Source: a virus
DNA length: 64,000 nt
Direction: 5' to 3' (one strand)
Virus record (IMG/VR): IMGVR_UViG_3300028966_000062
Position 1 is the stretch's first letter, and each line of letters starts with the position of its first letter. Under the pieces are notes generated by a model, which was not told the DNA's origin, ran no database searches, and saw only the letters and a list, made by a program, of their open reading frames with translations. Position numbers and translations under genes: made by a program. Positions 63,182-64,000 of this stretch are shown in pieces.

Positions 63182-64000
63182 ATGATTATTGACTGCAAAT
63201 CTATCGCACAGGATATCAAAAATAAAATCAAGAATGTCATCGCAGAAGATGACTATGCTCCTATTTTACATATTTATCAAGTAGGGGACAACCCTGCATC
63301 CAATGCTTATATTCGCGGCAAGCTGCGTGACTGTGAAGAGGTTGGAATCGGAGTGGAGCTTGTCAAACTGCCAGAAAATATTACCGAAGATGAATTGAAC
63401 AACAAGATCTTAGAAGATTATAATTGGGAATATGTGGACGGTATCATTGTTCAGCTTCCGTTGCCAAAACATATCGACCCTAAAAATATTTGTATTCCAG
63501 ATGAACTTGACGTTGATGGCTTTAATTCTACATCTAAATTTCAGCCCTGCACTCCGCTGGGCGTTATGAAGATTTTTGACTCCATCGGTTACGATCTGGA
63601 TGGCAAGAATGTACTCGTATGCGGTCAATCTGATATTGTTGGTCGTCCGCTGGTTGATATGCTGATTAAACGGCACTGTAATGTGATCTCTGTGAATAGC
63701 ACGGGTTCCCGCATGAAGGCCACTACTCTTGGATTTGAAATGGTCGATGTGGTCATCTCTGCTGTGGGCAAGCGCAACTTTATCACACCGTTTGGTCTTG
63801 ATCGGGTTGAAGTCTGCATCGATGTTGGCATCAACTATGACGAGAACGGAAAGCAACACGGCGACTGTGCCGATGATATTTATGAGATGGAAGATATCAA
63901 AGTAACCCCTCGTATCGGCGGAGTTGGCCTTATGACACGTGCTATGCTACTTTACAATGTATGTGTGGCAAGGTATGGAGAAGAGAAGATGGAGAGGTGA
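63182..64000 (+). CDS. folD: bifunctional methylenetetrahydrofolate dehydrogenase/cyclohydrolase FolD
   Basis: YQVGDNPASNAYIRGK, VQLPLPKHID, CTPLGVMKI, GGVGLMT motifs. Confidence 0.8.
   Translation: MIIDCKSIAQDIKNKIKNVIAEDDYAPILHIYQVGDNPASNAYIRGKLRDCEEVGIGVELVKLPENITEDELNNKILEDYNWEYVDGIIVQLPLPKHIDPKNICIPDELDVDGFNSTSKFQPCTPLGVMKIFDSIGYDLDGKNVLVCGQSDIVGRPLVDMLIKRHCNVISVNSTGSRMKATTLGFEMVDVVISAVGKRNFITPFGLDRVEVCIDVGINYDENGKQHGDCADDIYEMEDIKVTPRIGGVGLMTRAMLLYNVCVARYGEEKMER

Noticed and set aside
1-64000. CRISPR arrays, IS/transposase genes, rRNA
   Set aside because: No regularly spaced direct repeats with unique spacers, no transposase motifs and no rRNA-like segments were seen. The only mobile-like elements are the intein and the HNH/GIY-YIG homing endonucleases.

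Overview
This window looks like the early/replication and nucleotide-metabolism arm of a large, low-GC tailed phage, probably one infecting Firmicutes, with essentially every gene on the + strand. I saw no structural or packaging genes.

Recognisable genes:
- Recombination and regulation: a tyrosine recombinase, a Bro-N-like protein, an SleB-like cell-wall hydrolase and a solitary MazF/PemK-like toxin.
- RNA repair candidates: a small Rnl2-type RNA-ligase nucleotidyltransferase.
- tRNAs and a homing nuclease: a 7-gene tRNA set (Leu-CAA, Leu-TAA, Pro?, Gln, Leu-TAG, Gly, Met) surrounding an HNH endonuclease gene that carries three in-frame TAG codons.
- Methyltransferases: a motif-permuted cytosine-C5 MTase whose catalytic PCQ is disrupted by a TAGC insertion, and a Dam-like MTase frameshifted in a C6 run.
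- Replication: an SSB-like protein, a Sak4-like ATPase, DnaB-like helicase, DnaG-like primase, RecJ-like DHH exonuclease, HAD and metallophosphoesterase proteins, a frameshifted MazG-like gene, DnaE-type polymerase, a RecD-like helicase carrying a LAGLIDADG intein inside its P-loop, and an ATP-dependent DNA ligase.
- Nucleotide metabolism and others: ThyX, an SPFH/flotillin protein, NrdD/NrdG, a GIY-YIG endonuclease with NUMOD3 repeats, dUTPase and FolD.

Most notable:
- TAG is almost absent as a stop codon (about 1 of ~120 genes) yet occurs in-frame in the HNH gene, which suggests amber reassignment or suppression.
- A 21-nt motif, TAGCTATAnAAyACAGGATAC, recurs nine times in both orientations, either forming the core of sigma70-like promoters or abutting ribosome-binding sites.
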